Below, piece after piece: positions 1-8,487 of a DNA stretch of 64,000 nt (its first letter is position 1; every line of letters begins with the position of its first letter). Below the pieces are notes generated by a model that saw nothing but the letters and a program-made list of their open reading frames with translations, was not told the origin of the DNA and searched no databases. Source of the DNA: an uncultured Gammaproteobacteria bacterium (GTDB lineage: Bacteria; Patescibacteriota; Microgenomatia; Levybacterales; UBA12049). The stretch covers positions 89,223 through 153,222 of the forward strand of contig CAYMJR010000002.1 in the NCBI GenBank assembly GCA_964391315.1, read 5' to 3'. The position numbers were made by a program, and so were the translations under genes.

Positions 1-257
1 CCGTACTTGCTGTTATTGGACTTTTGACAGGTAAAGTCTTGGCGCTTCTTATTATCGGTGGTGTGTTTGTTTTGGAAGCAGGTTCTTCATTGATACAGTT
101 ATTAAGTAAAAAATATTTGGGAAGAAAAATGTTTCCAGCAGCACCAATGCATTTATATTTGCAGAGCAAAGGATGGGAAGAACCAAAAATTGTAATGCGT
201 GCCTGGCTGATTGGTTTCGTCTTTGCAATTGTTGGTATTTTCATCGCCTTCATATAA
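1..257 (+). CDS. mraY: Phospho-N-acetylmuramoyl-pentapeptide transferase MraY, C-terminal fragment (5' end lies outside the window)
   Basis: The frame is open from the window edge (phase of nt 3) to TAA at 255-257. The translation ...GGVFVLEAGSSLIQLLSKKYLGRKMFPAAPMHLYLQSKGWEEPKIVMRAW... matches the conserved MraY C-terminus. It lies directly upstream of ftsW and murG. Confidence 0.85.
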   Translation, partial: VLAVIGLLTGKVLALLIIGGVFVLEAGSSLIQLLSKKYLGRKMFPAAPMHLYLQSKGWEEPKIVMRAWLIGFVFAIVGIFIAFI

Positions 258-274
258 AATAGTTTATAGCTCTC

Positions 275-1345
275 ATGAAAGATCTCGACCTGCCGTTATT
301 TGTTGTTGTTACTATTCTTACCCTCTTTGGTCTTCTGATGATATATGATGCTTCTTCAGTTATCGCCTTTAACGTTTATCACGATAAATATCAATTTATT
401 AAAGATCAGCTTATCTGGGTAACACTTGGGTTTGGCGCACTCTTTTTCTTTTCGAAAATCGATTACCATAAGTGGTTCAATCTTGCTTTGCCGCTTCTCG
501 TTTTTGCAATGATACTTCTCGTTGCCGTTTTTTTGCCAGGAATTGGTTCTGGTGCAAAAGGAGCGCATCGCTGGATTAATTTAGGTTTTACAACTCTGCA
601 ACCTGCTGAATTTGTAAAGCTGGTTTTAGCAATCTATTTGTCAGCATGGTTTTCAAAAAAAGAAAAAGGACGATTCACTGCGTTTGCAATCCTTATTGGT
701 GCAGTATTACTTCTTATGATGTTACAACCTGACATGGGTACTGCGTCAATTATTTTATTTGAAGCAATTGTTGTGTATTTTCTGTCAGGTGGAAGCATCA
801 AACATTTTGCCTTGGCAGCGCCGGTTGTTGCACTTGGTGGATTGATTCTTATCAAACTCGCTCCTTATCGCGCAGCCCGTCTGACAAGCTTTCTGAATAT
901 TGACCGTTCTTTTGACAATATTTCTTATCATATGAAACAAGTACTAATTGCTCTAGGTAATGGGGGATTTTTTGGGCTGGGAATTGGTAATTCTCTTCAG
1001 AAATATTCGTATCTTCCTGAAAATGTAACGGATTCTATTTTTCCGATTATTGCTGAAGAGTTTGGTTTTGTCGGCTCGACAATTTTAGTGCTTCTTTTTG
1101 CTGTTGTTGTTTGGCGAGGATTTGTGATTGCGACACATTCACGGGATACGTTTGGAAAATTATTTGCTGCAGGGATTATCTCATTTATCGGCATTCAGGC
1201 ATTTTTCAATTTTGGTTCCATGACATCACTTCTTCCACTCACAGGTGTGCCGCTGCCGTTTATTTCCTATGGAGGATCAGCTCTTCTTGTCGACATGGCA
1301 GCTATTGGTATTCTTCTTAACATCTCCAAACAAGGTGGAAGGTAA
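275..1345 (+). CDS. ftsW: SEDS-family peptidoglycan polymerase FtsW
   Basis: 356-aa polytopic protein with SEDS motifs (RWINLGFTTLQPAEFVKLVLAIYLSAW; LPLTGVPLPFISYGGSALL). It sits between mraY and murG in a dcw cluster. Confidence 0.85.
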   Translation: MKDLDLPLFVVVTILTLFGLLMIYDASSVIAFNVYHDKYQFIKDQLIWVTLGFGALFFFSKIDYHKWFNLALPLLVFAMILLVAVFLPGIGSGAKGAHRWINLGFTTLQPAEFVKLVLAIYLSAWFSKKEKGRFTAFAILIGAVLLLMMLQPDMGTASIILFEAIVVYFLSGGSIKHFALAAPVVALGGLILIKLAPYRAARLTSFLNIDRSFDNISYHMKQVLIALGNGGFFGLGIGNSLQKYSYLPENVTDSIFPIIAEEFGFVGSTILVLLFAVVVWRGFVIATHSRDTFGKLFAAGIISFIGIQAFFNFGSMTSLLPLTGVPLPFISYGGSALLVDMAAIGILLNISKQGGR

Positions 1346-1365
1346 ATTTCTGTTATAATTATTTC

Positions 1366-2094
1366 ATGCACGAAGTTTCTTTTGAGGTCGATGGACAAAC
1401 TCTTCGCGGGATGATTTTTTATCCGGAGAAAATAAAAGAAAAAAATCCCGCTATTCTTTTTATTCATGGCTGGATGAGTAGTGAAAGAAATTATTTAGCA
1501 AGAGCAGAGGCGCTGACAAAATTAGGTTTTATCTGTTTGATTTTTAGTATGCGTGGACATGGTACAAGTGAAGGAGATATCAAAAAGCAAACGCGTCAGG
1601 ATTTCTTCAATGATGTTCTTGCAGCATATGATTTTCTTGCACGACAAAAGAACGTTAATTCAGATAACATTAGTGTAGTTGGTGCAAGCTTTGGCGCGTA
1701 TCTTGCAGCACTTGTTAGTAAGGAAAGAAATGTTAAAAATTTAGCTTTTCGTGTTCCTGCCAATTATCCAGATGAAACTTTTAATGAAGTGCAATTTAAT
1801 TTTTCTGGGGACAATAGTGCAACGCTTTTACATCCAAAGTTTACAGCACTCCAATCAGAACAAAGTTATGCGTTAAAAGCACTAAGTAGTTTTTCGGGTG
1901 ATATACTGATTATTGAATCTGAACATGATGAATTTATCCCACATCAAATAGTAAAAAATTATTTAAATGCAGTAAAAAATAAAAGTAAATTGGATTATGT
2001 TGTTATGAAAGACACAGGTCATAATCTTTCTAATGAAAAAATGTTGCAAGAGTTTATAACGATATTGACTGATTGGTTTGCTGATCAAGTATGA
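1366..2094 (+). CDS. Alpha/beta-fold serine hydrolase (dienelactone hydrolase / S9-like), cytoplasmic
   Basis: 242 aa. It has an HGWMSS region, the nucleophile elbow GASFG (VVGASFGAY), acidic SEHDEF and C-terminal DTGHNL, which fit a Ser-Asp-His triad. No signal peptide is present. Its stop overlaps the murG start (ATGA at 2091-2094). Confidence 0.7.
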   Translation: MHEVSFEVDGQTLRGMIFYPEKIKEKNPAILFIHGWMSSERNYLARAEALTKLGFICLIFSMRGHGTSEGDIKKQTRQDFFNDVLAAYDFLARQKNVNSDNISVVGASFGAYLAALVSKERNVKNLAFRVPANYPDETFNEVQFNFSGDNSATLLHPKFTALQSEQSYALKALSSFSGDILIIESEHDEFIPHQIVKNYLNAVKNKSKLDYVVMKDTGHNLSNEKMLQEFITILTDWFADQV

Positions 2095-3221
2095 AATTAT
2101 TAATCGTTGCCGGGGGAGGCGGACATTTTGCACCAGCACTTGCTGTTATTGAACAATTACCAAAAGATGTTGAGGTTTTAGTCGTTGGACGGAAATACAC
2201 CTTTGAAGCAGAAAAAACCGAGTCATTGGAATATAAAACAGCACAGCAATTGGGAATCGCATTTGAACCGCTCACAACAGGTCGTTTACAAAGACGACTT
2301 ACTCCCTATACCTTTTTGTCGCTTGCAAAAATTCCTGTCGGATATTTTCAAGCACTTGGGATTGTTAAACAATTCAAACCGGATGTTGTGTTATCTTTTG
2401 GCGGGTATGTTTCTGTCCCTGTTGCGTTTGCAGCAAAGACACTTGGTATTCCGGTTATCATTCATGAGCAAATTCTCAGAGCTGGTCTTGCCAATAAAAT
2501 TGTTGCTACATTTGCAAAAAAAGTTTGTGTATCATGGAAAGAATCAACCAAATTTTTTCCAGAGACGAAGGTAGTTGTGACGGGAAACCCGATAAGGAAA
2601 GTTCAAAGTTCAAAGTTCAAAGTTCAAAGTTTTGACGATAAGTTTCCTCTTATTTATGTGACGGGTGGAAGCAGTGGAGCACATGCAATTAATGAACTGA
2701 TTGAACAATCTCTTGAGAAACTTTTGCAAAAATATACGATTGTTCATCAAACAGGAGATTCACAAACATTTGCTGATTTTGACCGGCTGAAGAAGAAAAA
2801 GGAAGAATTACCCGAAGCACTTCAGAAGCGGTATATTGTGACCAAATTTGTTGATGCGTCTGAAGTTTTTTCACTTATGGATCAAGCAGCGTTAGTAATT
2901 TCCCGTTCCGGTATAAATACTGTTACAGAGCTTTTATCTCTTGGTAAACCATGCCTTTTGATTCCACTTCCTCATGGACAACATAACGAGCAATTGACCA
3001 ATGCACTTTTTGTCAAACAAAAAGGCATTGCAGATGTAGCAACACAAGAAGAATTGACGGGTGAGAAATTATATGATTTGATTACAAAAATGTTTGAGCA
3101 GATTGATGAATATAAGAAACATGGAATCACATCAAAAGAGGAGATCATCCCCGATGCTGCAAAAAATATTATTTCCATTGTCGAACATGTTAACAACGAA
3201 ACGAAAAATACGAGAGCGTAA
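2091..3221 (+). CDS. murG: UDP-GlcNAc:lipid I N-acetylglucosaminyltransferase MurG (GT28)
   Basis: 376 aa. It has the N-terminal glycine loop VAGGGGHFAPALAV, GNPIR, VTGGSSGA, and SRSGINTVTELLSLGKPCLLIPLPH..QHNEQLTNA. Its dcw position is the expected one. Confidence 0.9.
   Translation: MKLLIVAGGGGHFAPALAVIEQLPKDVEVLVVGRKYTFEAEKTESLEYKTAQQLGIAFEPLTTGRLQRRLTPYTFLSLAKIPVGYFQALGIVKQFKPDVVLSFGGYVSVPVAFAAKTLGIPVIIHEQILRAGLANKIVATFAKKVCVSWKESTKFFPETKVVVTGNPIRKVQSSKFKVQSFDDKFPLIYVTGGSSGAHAINELIEQSLEKLLQKYTIVHQTGDSQTFADFDRLKKKKEELPEALQKRYIVTKFVDASEVFSLMDQAALVISRSGINTVTELLSLGKPCLLIPLPHGQHNEQLTNALFVKQKGIADVATQEELTGEKLYDLITKMFEQIDEYKKHGITSKEEIIPDAAKNIISIVEHVNNETKNTRA
2598..2632 (+). repeat. Perfect heptanucleotide tandem array AAAGTTC x4 plus AAAGTTT, inside murG
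   Basis: Read directly: aaagttc aaagttc aaagttc aaagttc aaagttt. It is translated in the murG frame as KVQSSKFKVQSF. Confidence 0.95.
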
Positions 3222-3615
3222 ACAATTTCTTTTAAAAATTTATTCTTTGCTGGGGCTTGTTGCATTGAGTGTTTTGATCGGATATTTCACTTCACTCAAA
3301 CTGTTCTACAAACATGGCTATATTAGCCCTCTTTCAAGTGTGTTGTCACAAGAGTCACAACCCAGCGAAAATACCGATGCAATGAAATCAAAACTTTTGC
3401 AGCAAAAAATTGATGTTGATTCTGTAACAACAGAAAATGAAAACTATAAAATAACCCTCAAAAGTGGTGAGGAAGTTATTTTTTCTTCAAATAAAGACCT
3501 TTCTTCGCAAATCTCCTCTTTACAATTCATCATGTCTCGCCTTACAATGGAAGGTAGACGATTTAAGCGGCTTGATCTAACTTTTGATAAGCCAGTTATC
3601 GTATTGGAGAAATAA
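3187..3615 (+). CDS. ftsQ: Minimal FtsQ/DivIB-like division protein (N-terminal TM anchor plus short C-terminal beta domain; no POTRA recognised)
   Basis: The ATG at 3187 gives MLTTKRKIRERKQFLLKIYSLLGLVALSVLIGYF (basic stretch plus one TM). The C-terminus YKITLKSGEEVIFSSNKDLSSQISSLQFIM...FKRLDLTFDKPVIV resembles the end of the FtsQ/DivIB C-terminal domain. The gene sits between murG and ftsA. The track ORF start at 3094 lies deep inside murG and was rejected. Confidence 0.55.
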   Translation: MLTTKRKIRERKQFLLKIYSLLGLVALSVLIGYFTSLKLFYKHGYISPLSSVLSQESQPSENTDAMKSKLLQQKIDVDSVTTENENYKITLKSGEEVIFSSNKDLSSQISSLQFIMSRLTMEGRRFKRLDLTFDKPVIVLEK

Positions 3616-3617
3616 AG

Positions 3618-4922
3618 ATGAGTGACGGAAGAATTGTCGTTGGTATTGATGTCGGAACATATAAGGTCGTGACAGTTGTCGCGAAAGTAAGTGAAACTGG
3701 TATTCAGGTACTTGGTGTCTCAGAAGTAAAATCGATGGGTATACGCAAGGGACAAGTAGTTGATATCGTAGAAGCGGTTGGTGCTATTAATTCCTCTTTG
3801 GAAGCTGCTGAGCGCATGGCAGGTTATTCTGCATCACACGTTATTGTGTCTCTTGGTGGCAATCAGATCGAAAGTCAAAATTCACGAGGTGTTGTCGCGA
3901 TTTCTGATCCACGTGGTGAAATTTCATCAATGGATTTACTTCGGGTCATTGACGCAGCAAAGGCTATCTCTATCCCATCAACGCGAGAGATTATTCATGT
4001 TCTTCCACGCAACTACATTGTCGATGGTCAGGAAGGCATTAAAGATCCAGTTGGGATGTCTGGTATTAGACTCGAAGTAGATACACACATTATTACTGCC
4101 AATGGTGTCTCAGTCCGCAATCTTGAAAAAGCATTTTCAGAAGTTGGTGTTGATGTCGATAGCTTCGCCTTTAGCGGTTACGCAAGCTCTCTTGCAGTGC
4201 TTTCTGATACTGAAAAAGAACTTGGTGTTGTCCTTGTCGACATTGGAGCTGGGACAACTGATATTTCCATTTATACAGAAGGATCTGTTTCATACTCCTC
4301 AGTGCTTGCAATTGGGGCACGACATGTGACCAACGATTTGGCAATTGGTCTTCGCATTTCTCTTGAGAGTGCAGAAAAGATCAAACTCTACCTTTCTCAA
4401 GAACAATCAAAAAAGATTGTGAGAACAGAAGACGTTGAGACAGGTGAGGAAGGCGAAAAAGGCAAACACTCAGATGAAATTGATTTGTCATCTCTTGGAC
4501 TTCCTGAGGAGATCCGCAAAGCATCACAAAAAACACTTGTTGATGGTATTATCCGTCCACGTCTTAATGAAATTTGTACGATGATTGGTATGGAAATCAA
4601 AAAGAGCGGATTTGGGGGACAAACACCAGCAGGAATTGTCCTCACAGGTGGGGGAGCATTGACTGTTGGTATCCGTGATAGTGCAAGACGTACGCTTGCG
4701 ATGCCTGTTCGCATTGGTCTGCCAACTGATGTGAAAGGAATTGTTGATGAAGTGCAGCATCCGGCATTCTCAACATCAATAGGTCTTATTATGTATGGTG
4801 CAAAAAATACTACGGCTCGTTCGAGCAGTCTCGGTGGAATTTCAATGCCACGCATTGGTAGGTTTGATGCAGGAAAAGCAGTCAAAAAAATTATCAGCTT
4901 CATCAAATCGTTTATCCCTTAA
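3618..4922 (+). CDS. ftsA: Cell division protein FtsA (actin-like ATPase)
   Basis: 434 aa. It has the phosphate loops VGIDVGTYKV and VDIGAGTTDISIY, LTGGGALTVG, and the C-terminal amphipathic helix GKAVKKIISFIKSFIP. It lies immediately upstream of ftsZ. Confidence 0.92.
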   Translation: MSDGRIVVGIDVGTYKVVTVVAKVSETGIQVLGVSEVKSMGIRKGQVVDIVEAVGAINSSLEAAERMAGYSASHVIVSLGGNQIESQNSRGVVAISDPRGEISSMDLLRVIDAAKAISIPSTREIIHVLPRNYIVDGQEGIKDPVGMSGIRLEVDTHIITANGVSVRNLEKAFSEVGVDVDSFAFSGYASSLAVLSDTEKELGVVLVDIGAGTTDISIYTEGSVSYSSVLAIGARHVTNDLAIGLRISLESAEKIKLYLSQEQSKKIVRTEDVETGEEGEKGKHSDEIDLSSLGLPEEIRKASQKTLVDGIIRPRLNEICTMIGMEIKKSGFGGQTPAGIVLTGGGALTVGIRDSARRTLAMPVRIGLPTDVKGIVDEVQHPAFSTSIGLIMYGAKNTTARSSSLGGISMPRIGRFDAGKAVKKIISFIKSFIP

Positions 4923-4960
4923 TATAGTAGGTGGAACTGCTCTCAAACACTAAATACGAC

Positions 4961-4989
4961 TTGCAATTACTTTAGTGATCTGCTAGGAT
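4961..4989 (+). promoter_or_regulatory. Sigma70-like promoter for ftsZ (TTGCAA-17 nt-TAGGAT)
   Basis: TTGCAA is at 4961-4966, followed by a 17-nt spacer and TAGGAT at 4984-4989. The ftsZ ATG (5009) is 19 nt downstream. No Shine-Dalgarno sequence is visible. Confidence 0.4.
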
Positions 4990-5008
4990 TTGGGCAACAC
5001 ACTTCGCT

Positions 5009-6145
5009 ATGTTAATTCGTCCTCAATCAACTAATTTTGCAAAAATCAGGGTCGTTGGTATTGGTGGTGGTGGTGGTAATGCAATTGGTTCCATGATCGC
5101 ACATGGCACAATCCATGGAGTAGATTTCGTCGCTGTCAACACAGATGCACAAGCACTTCTTCTTAATAAAGCAGACACAAAAGTTCACATTGGAGAAAAT
5201 CTTACGAAAGGTCTTGGAAGTGGTGGAGATCCTGAGATCGGCCGTCAGGCAGCTGAAGAATCAGAAGAAAAAATCAAACACATGCTTGAAGGATCTGATA
5301 TGGTTTTCGTCACGTGTGGAGAAGGCGGCGGTACAGGAACTGGTGCTACCCCAGTTGTTGCACGAATTGCAAAAGAAGTTGGCGCATTGACTGTTGCTGT
5401 TGTTACCAAGCCTTTCCTTTTTGAAGGTACACGACGCATGGTACAGGCTGAAGAAGGTATCGATGAATTGAAAGATAAAGTCGATACGTTAATTGTTATT
5501 CCAAATCAGCGAATCCTTGATGTTGTTGATCGCAAACTATCTCTTCTTGATGCATTTAAAGTCGCTGATTCAGTACTCACACAAGGTGTTCAAGGTATTT
5601 CAGAAATCATCACCATGCCTGGTCTCATCAACGTTGATTTTGCTGATGTGCGTTCAATCATGTCTAATGCCGGATCATCTTTGATGGGTATTGGATCAGG
5701 AATTGGCGAGAACAGAGCACAGACTGCAGCACGCAGTGCAATCTCTTCACCTCTTCTTGAAATCTCAATGGACGGCGCACGAGGCGTTCTCTTTAACATC
5801 GTTGGTGGTGCAGATTTGACAATGACTGAGGTTGATGAAGCAGCAAAGATCATCTCTGCTGCTGCAGATCCAGATGCCAACATCATCTTTGGTGCAACAA
5901 TTGATGAGAATATGCACGACCAAATCCGAATCACCTTGGTCGCAACAGGATTTGATCAGACCAAGCAGCGCTTGCAGCAATTTGTGATCCAACAGCCAAC
6001 ACCTCAGATCAAGACGAATACGAATCCAATTAATCCTTTGGGCAATGAAGAGCCAGTACAGCAGACCCAGTCAGATCAGGATAAGGATGATAAGAAGCCA
6101 GAAGACGACTGGGACATCCCCGCATTCTTAAGACAAAGAAACTAA
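5009..6145 (+). CDS. ftsZ: Cell division GTPase FtsZ
   Basis: 378 aa. It has [13 protein letters not shown], the tubulin signature [18 protein letters not shown], and the C-terminal FtsA/ZipA-binding peptide [11 protein letters not shown]. Confidence 0.97.
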   Translation: MLIRPQSTNFAKIRVVGIGGGGGNAIGSMIAHGTIHGVDFVAVNTDAQALLLNKADTKVHIGENLTKGLGSGGDPEIGRQAAEESEEKIKHMLEGSDMVFVTCGEGGGTGTGATPVVARIAKEVGALTVAVVTKPFLFEGTRRMVQAEEGIDELKDKVDTLIVIPNQRILDVVDRKLSLLDAFKVADSVLTQGVQGISEIITMPGLINVDFADVRSIMSNAGSSLMGIGSGIGENRAQTAARSAISSPLLEISMDGARGVLFNIVGGADLTMTEVDEAAKIISAAADPDANIIFGATIDENMHDQIRITLVATGFDQTKQRLQQFVIQQPTPQIKTNTNPINPLGNEEPVQQTQSDQDKDDKKPEDDWDIPAFLRQRN

Positions 6146-6213
6146 ACTTCAACATCTAATTGACAACAGTTCTTACAATTGAAATACTTAAGCAGTACTT
6201 ATTGATTGTAGCT

Positions 6214-7446
6214 ATGTTCAATTTTTCATTTTTTCGACAAAATTTTAGAATTTTACTTTTTTTGTTTGTCCTTATCTTCGCCCTCTATTCATCTTTTTTG
6301 ATTTTTACAGCAAGTCAGCATAATAAGGCTTTTGATAAACATTTTACTCTTCTTGCAAGCCAATTCCTTACTAGACACGTAGCACTCAATCCTTACCAAG
6401 AGTTACCTCAAGGAGATGTAGCCAATTATAATAATAATTTTTATCTTTATTTTGGTCCTTTTCCGTCAATTGTTCTGATGCCATTTGTTTTCATTTTTGG
6501 GAATGAATTTCCACAAGTTTTCTTGGGTTTTTCAGCAATGGTTATTTCCTTTGTTGCAGTATATTTTCTCACCAAATCTTTTAAATTTCGAACAGTTGAT
6601 GCACTGTGGCTCGCGTTTTTCTTTGTTTTTTCAACTGTTCTTTTTGCTTCAAGTATTATTGATATATCTGCATATCAGGCGGAGGCGTTTAGTGTTCCAT
6701 TGGTACTGATTGCATTGCAGGAATATTTTTCGAAAAAACGGCCACTTATTATTGGTATATTTTTGGGATTAGCACTTTTGACTCGAGCTGTTCTTGTGCT
6801 AGGGGTTGTTTTCTTTATTCTTGAGTTCTTCCAAAAACGTTTATCAAAAAAACAACTTCTGATACTGTTTTTACCAGTTATTGTGGCCTGTCTTTTATTC
6901 GGTGTATATAATCAAAGACGTTTTCACGCATTTTTGGAAACAGGATATCAATACAATATTACTCTTAAAACCTTTCCACTTTCACAAAATCTACAATATG
7001 GTTATATGAGTCCTGTGCATATCCCAGCAAATCTTTATAGTCTGCTTTTTATGCCACCACAACCTCTTCTGAAAGATCAGAATGGATTTGTTCTAAATTT
7101 TCCGTATTTTAAGGTAAGTCCGTGGGGAGTTGCAATCTGGTATACATCACCATTATTTTTAGTATTGCTTTATAAATTTAGAAAAAGTATTTACACTCTC
7201 TCAACGATTATTACTATTATTTGTTTGGCAATACCCTTACTTCTTTACTATAGTATAGGATATTCGCAATACGGCTATAGATATGCTTTAGATTTTTTGC
7301 CGTTTCTTTTTCTTTTGTTACTCCCTTCTTTTTCAGGCAAACTTACAAAAAAAGACATTACCTTGATTATTCTTGGGGTTTTATTTAATTGTATTTATAT
7401 TGCAAGCATCTGGGGAGATTATCCACTATTCCATCTTCATTATTAA
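6214..7446 (+). CDS. Polytopic membrane protein, putative GT-C-fold glycosyltransferase (PMT/ArnT-like)
   Basis: About 411 aa from the ATG at 6214; the track start at 6160 is a TTG extension. It has more than 10 predicted TM helices. An early loop reads GDVANYNNNFYLYFGPFPSIVLMPF, as in lipid-sugar-dependent glycosyltransferases. The family assignment is by eye only. Confidence 0.5.
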   Translation: MFNFSFFRQNFRILLFLFVLIFALYSSFLIFTASQHNKAFDKHFTLLASQFLTRHVALNPYQELPQGDVANYNNNFYLYFGPFPSIVLMPFVFIFGNEFPQVFLGFSAMVISFVAVYFLTKSFKFRTVDALWLAFFFVFSTVLFASSIIDISAYQAEAFSVPLVLIALQEYFSKKRPLIIGIFLGLALLTRAVLVLGVVFFILEFFQKRLSKKQLLILFLPVIVACLLFGVYNQRRFHAFLETGYQYNITLKTFPLSQNLQYGYMSPVHIPANLYSLLFMPPQPLLKDQNGFVLNFPYFKVSPWGVAIWYTSPLFLVLLYKFRKSIYTLSTIITIICLAIPLLLYYSIGYSQYGYRYALDFLPFLFLLLLPSFSGKLTKKDITLIILGVLFNCIYIASIWGDYPLFHLHY

Positions 7447-7454
7447 TTGAATAA

Positions 7455-7483
7455 TTGACATCTGGTTTTGCTCTTGGAATACT
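7455..7483 (+). promoter_or_regulatory. Sigma70-like promoter (TTGACA-17 nt-AATACT), 8 nt upstream of the ATG at 7492
   Basis: TTGACA is at 7455-7460, followed by a 17-nt spacer and AATACT at 7478-7483, with the ATG at 7492. The TTG start of the track ORF (7468) falls inside the spacer. Confidence 0.35.
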
Positions 7484-7491
7484 TAAGATAT

Positions 7492-8253
7492 ATGGAGAAC
7501 ATTTCAACTCCCCCCCAAAAGCCACTTCTGGTAGATGGACCTCCCACAGTTGAATATATCGAGACAAAAAGGAATTGGAAGAAAATTTTTGAGATCTGTG
7601 CCGTAATTATCATTATTAGTATTCCGCTTATTCTGTCACTTTTTAAAATTGACTATTCGGTTAAAAGTGCCTATGAAGTAGTGAATCCGGCATATGTAGG
7701 GACGTCCTCTGACTATGGAACCTGGGGAAATATTGTGACAGTAGCTAAAAAGTTTATCCAACCGGTTATCCAATTAACGCCTCAACCTACAGCTACACCT
7801 ACGCTCTCACCTGTGCCACCAGCCATGCGACACCAACAGGAGGTACAACAGCCACAGCATTCAGAGCAATCTGTCCCCGCACAGGATCAGAACTGGGCAC
7901 AGTATCAGTATCCCTCACAGGTAAATGATTCACCTCTATCTTATCCTCCTGATGTTCAAATGCAAGAGCCGACGTCGACACCAACAGACATACCCACCTC
8001 AATTCCTACACCCACATTCAGGCCCACCTCAACCCCTACACCCACATTCAGGCCCACCTCAACCCCTACACCCAGGCCCACAATGACTCCTTCACCTGCT
8101 CCTAATAATGACCAAATCGATGTGTATGCAGCGTATACAGCCTGCTATGGTAAAAAAAATAACGCAGCCTGTTCCTATCAGTCGTCTTATGGGGGGATAG
8201 TCAACGGCAAATGCAAGACATCGACTGAAGGATATTTAACATGTGGTCAGTAA
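7492..8253 (+). CDS. Membrane-anchored Pro/Thr-rich repeat protein with a small 4-Cys C-terminal domain
   Basis: It has an N-terminal TM (ICAVIIIISIPLILSLF) and a long P/T/Q-rich region including PTPTFRPTSTPTPTFRPTSTPTPRPT. The C-terminus reads CYGKKNNAACSYQSSYGGIVNGKCKTSTEGYLTC. Confidence 0.6.
   Translation: MENISTPPQKPLLVDGPPTVEYIETKRNWKKIFEICAVIIIISIPLILSLFKIDYSVKSAYEVVNPAYVGTSSDYGTWGNIVTVAKKFIQPVIQLTPQPTATPTLSPVPPAMRHQQEVQQPQHSEQSVPAQDQNWAQYQYPSQVNDSPLSYPPDVQMQEPTSTPTDIPTSIPTPTFRPTSTPTPTFRPTSTPTPRPTMTPSPAPNNDQIDVYAAYTACYGKKNNAACSYQSSYGGIVNGKCKTSTEGYLTCGQ
8005..8080 (+). repeat. 30-bp tandem direct repeat (about 2.5 copies) encoding PTPTFRPTST
   Basis: cctacacccacattcaggcccacctcaacc occurs identically at 8005-8034 and 8035-8064, followed by a partial third copy at 8065-8080. 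Confidence 0.95.
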
Positions 8254-8307
8254 TCCACAAACATCTAAAAATATTATTATAGGCGAAAATTAGCCTCAAA
8301 ATCCGTA

Positions 8308-8336
8308 TTGACACCTATCATAAAACCCCCTAGACT
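8308..8336 (+). promoter_or_regulatory. Sigma70-like promoter (TTGACA-17 nt-TAGACT) with a ~150-nt leader before the 8488 CDS
   Basis: TTGACA is at 8308-8313, followed by a 17-nt spacer and TAGACT at 8331-8336. The next CDS starts at 8488. Confidence 0.35.
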
Positions 8337-8487
8337 AAATGGGTGGAATAGGGTATAATCCTGTCTCGATCTATGAATATGCAGTTTACTAGTGTATCTA
8401 AACTTATCTCACAAGCGCTCCCCGCGTCCTCTTAACGTATCAGTAAATTCAAAGAAAAGAATTAATAAATAAATATTACTATCAATT

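Noticed and set aside
2598-2632. Interpreting the heptamer arrays as slipped-strand phase-variation switches
   Set aside because: A gain or loss of one 7-nt unit would frameshift murG or ileS, which are essential genes. That makes an ON/OFF contingency role implausible for those loci. This interpretation is set aside, but the arrays themselves are retained as a finding.
4397-4906. 169-aa ORF antisense to ftsA, together with similar track ORFs at 356-568, 634-855, 997-1194, 5590-5934 and 5765-5992
   Set aside because: They lie entirely inside well-supported conserved genes (ftsW, ftsA, ftsZ) on the opposite strand. Their Pro/Arg/Ser-rich low-complexity translations are typical of shadow ORFs.
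8281-8299. Hairpin aggc-gaaaatta-gcct as an intrinsic terminator after the Pro/Thr-rich gene
   Set aside because: It has only a 4-bp stem and no following T-tract, so it is too weak.
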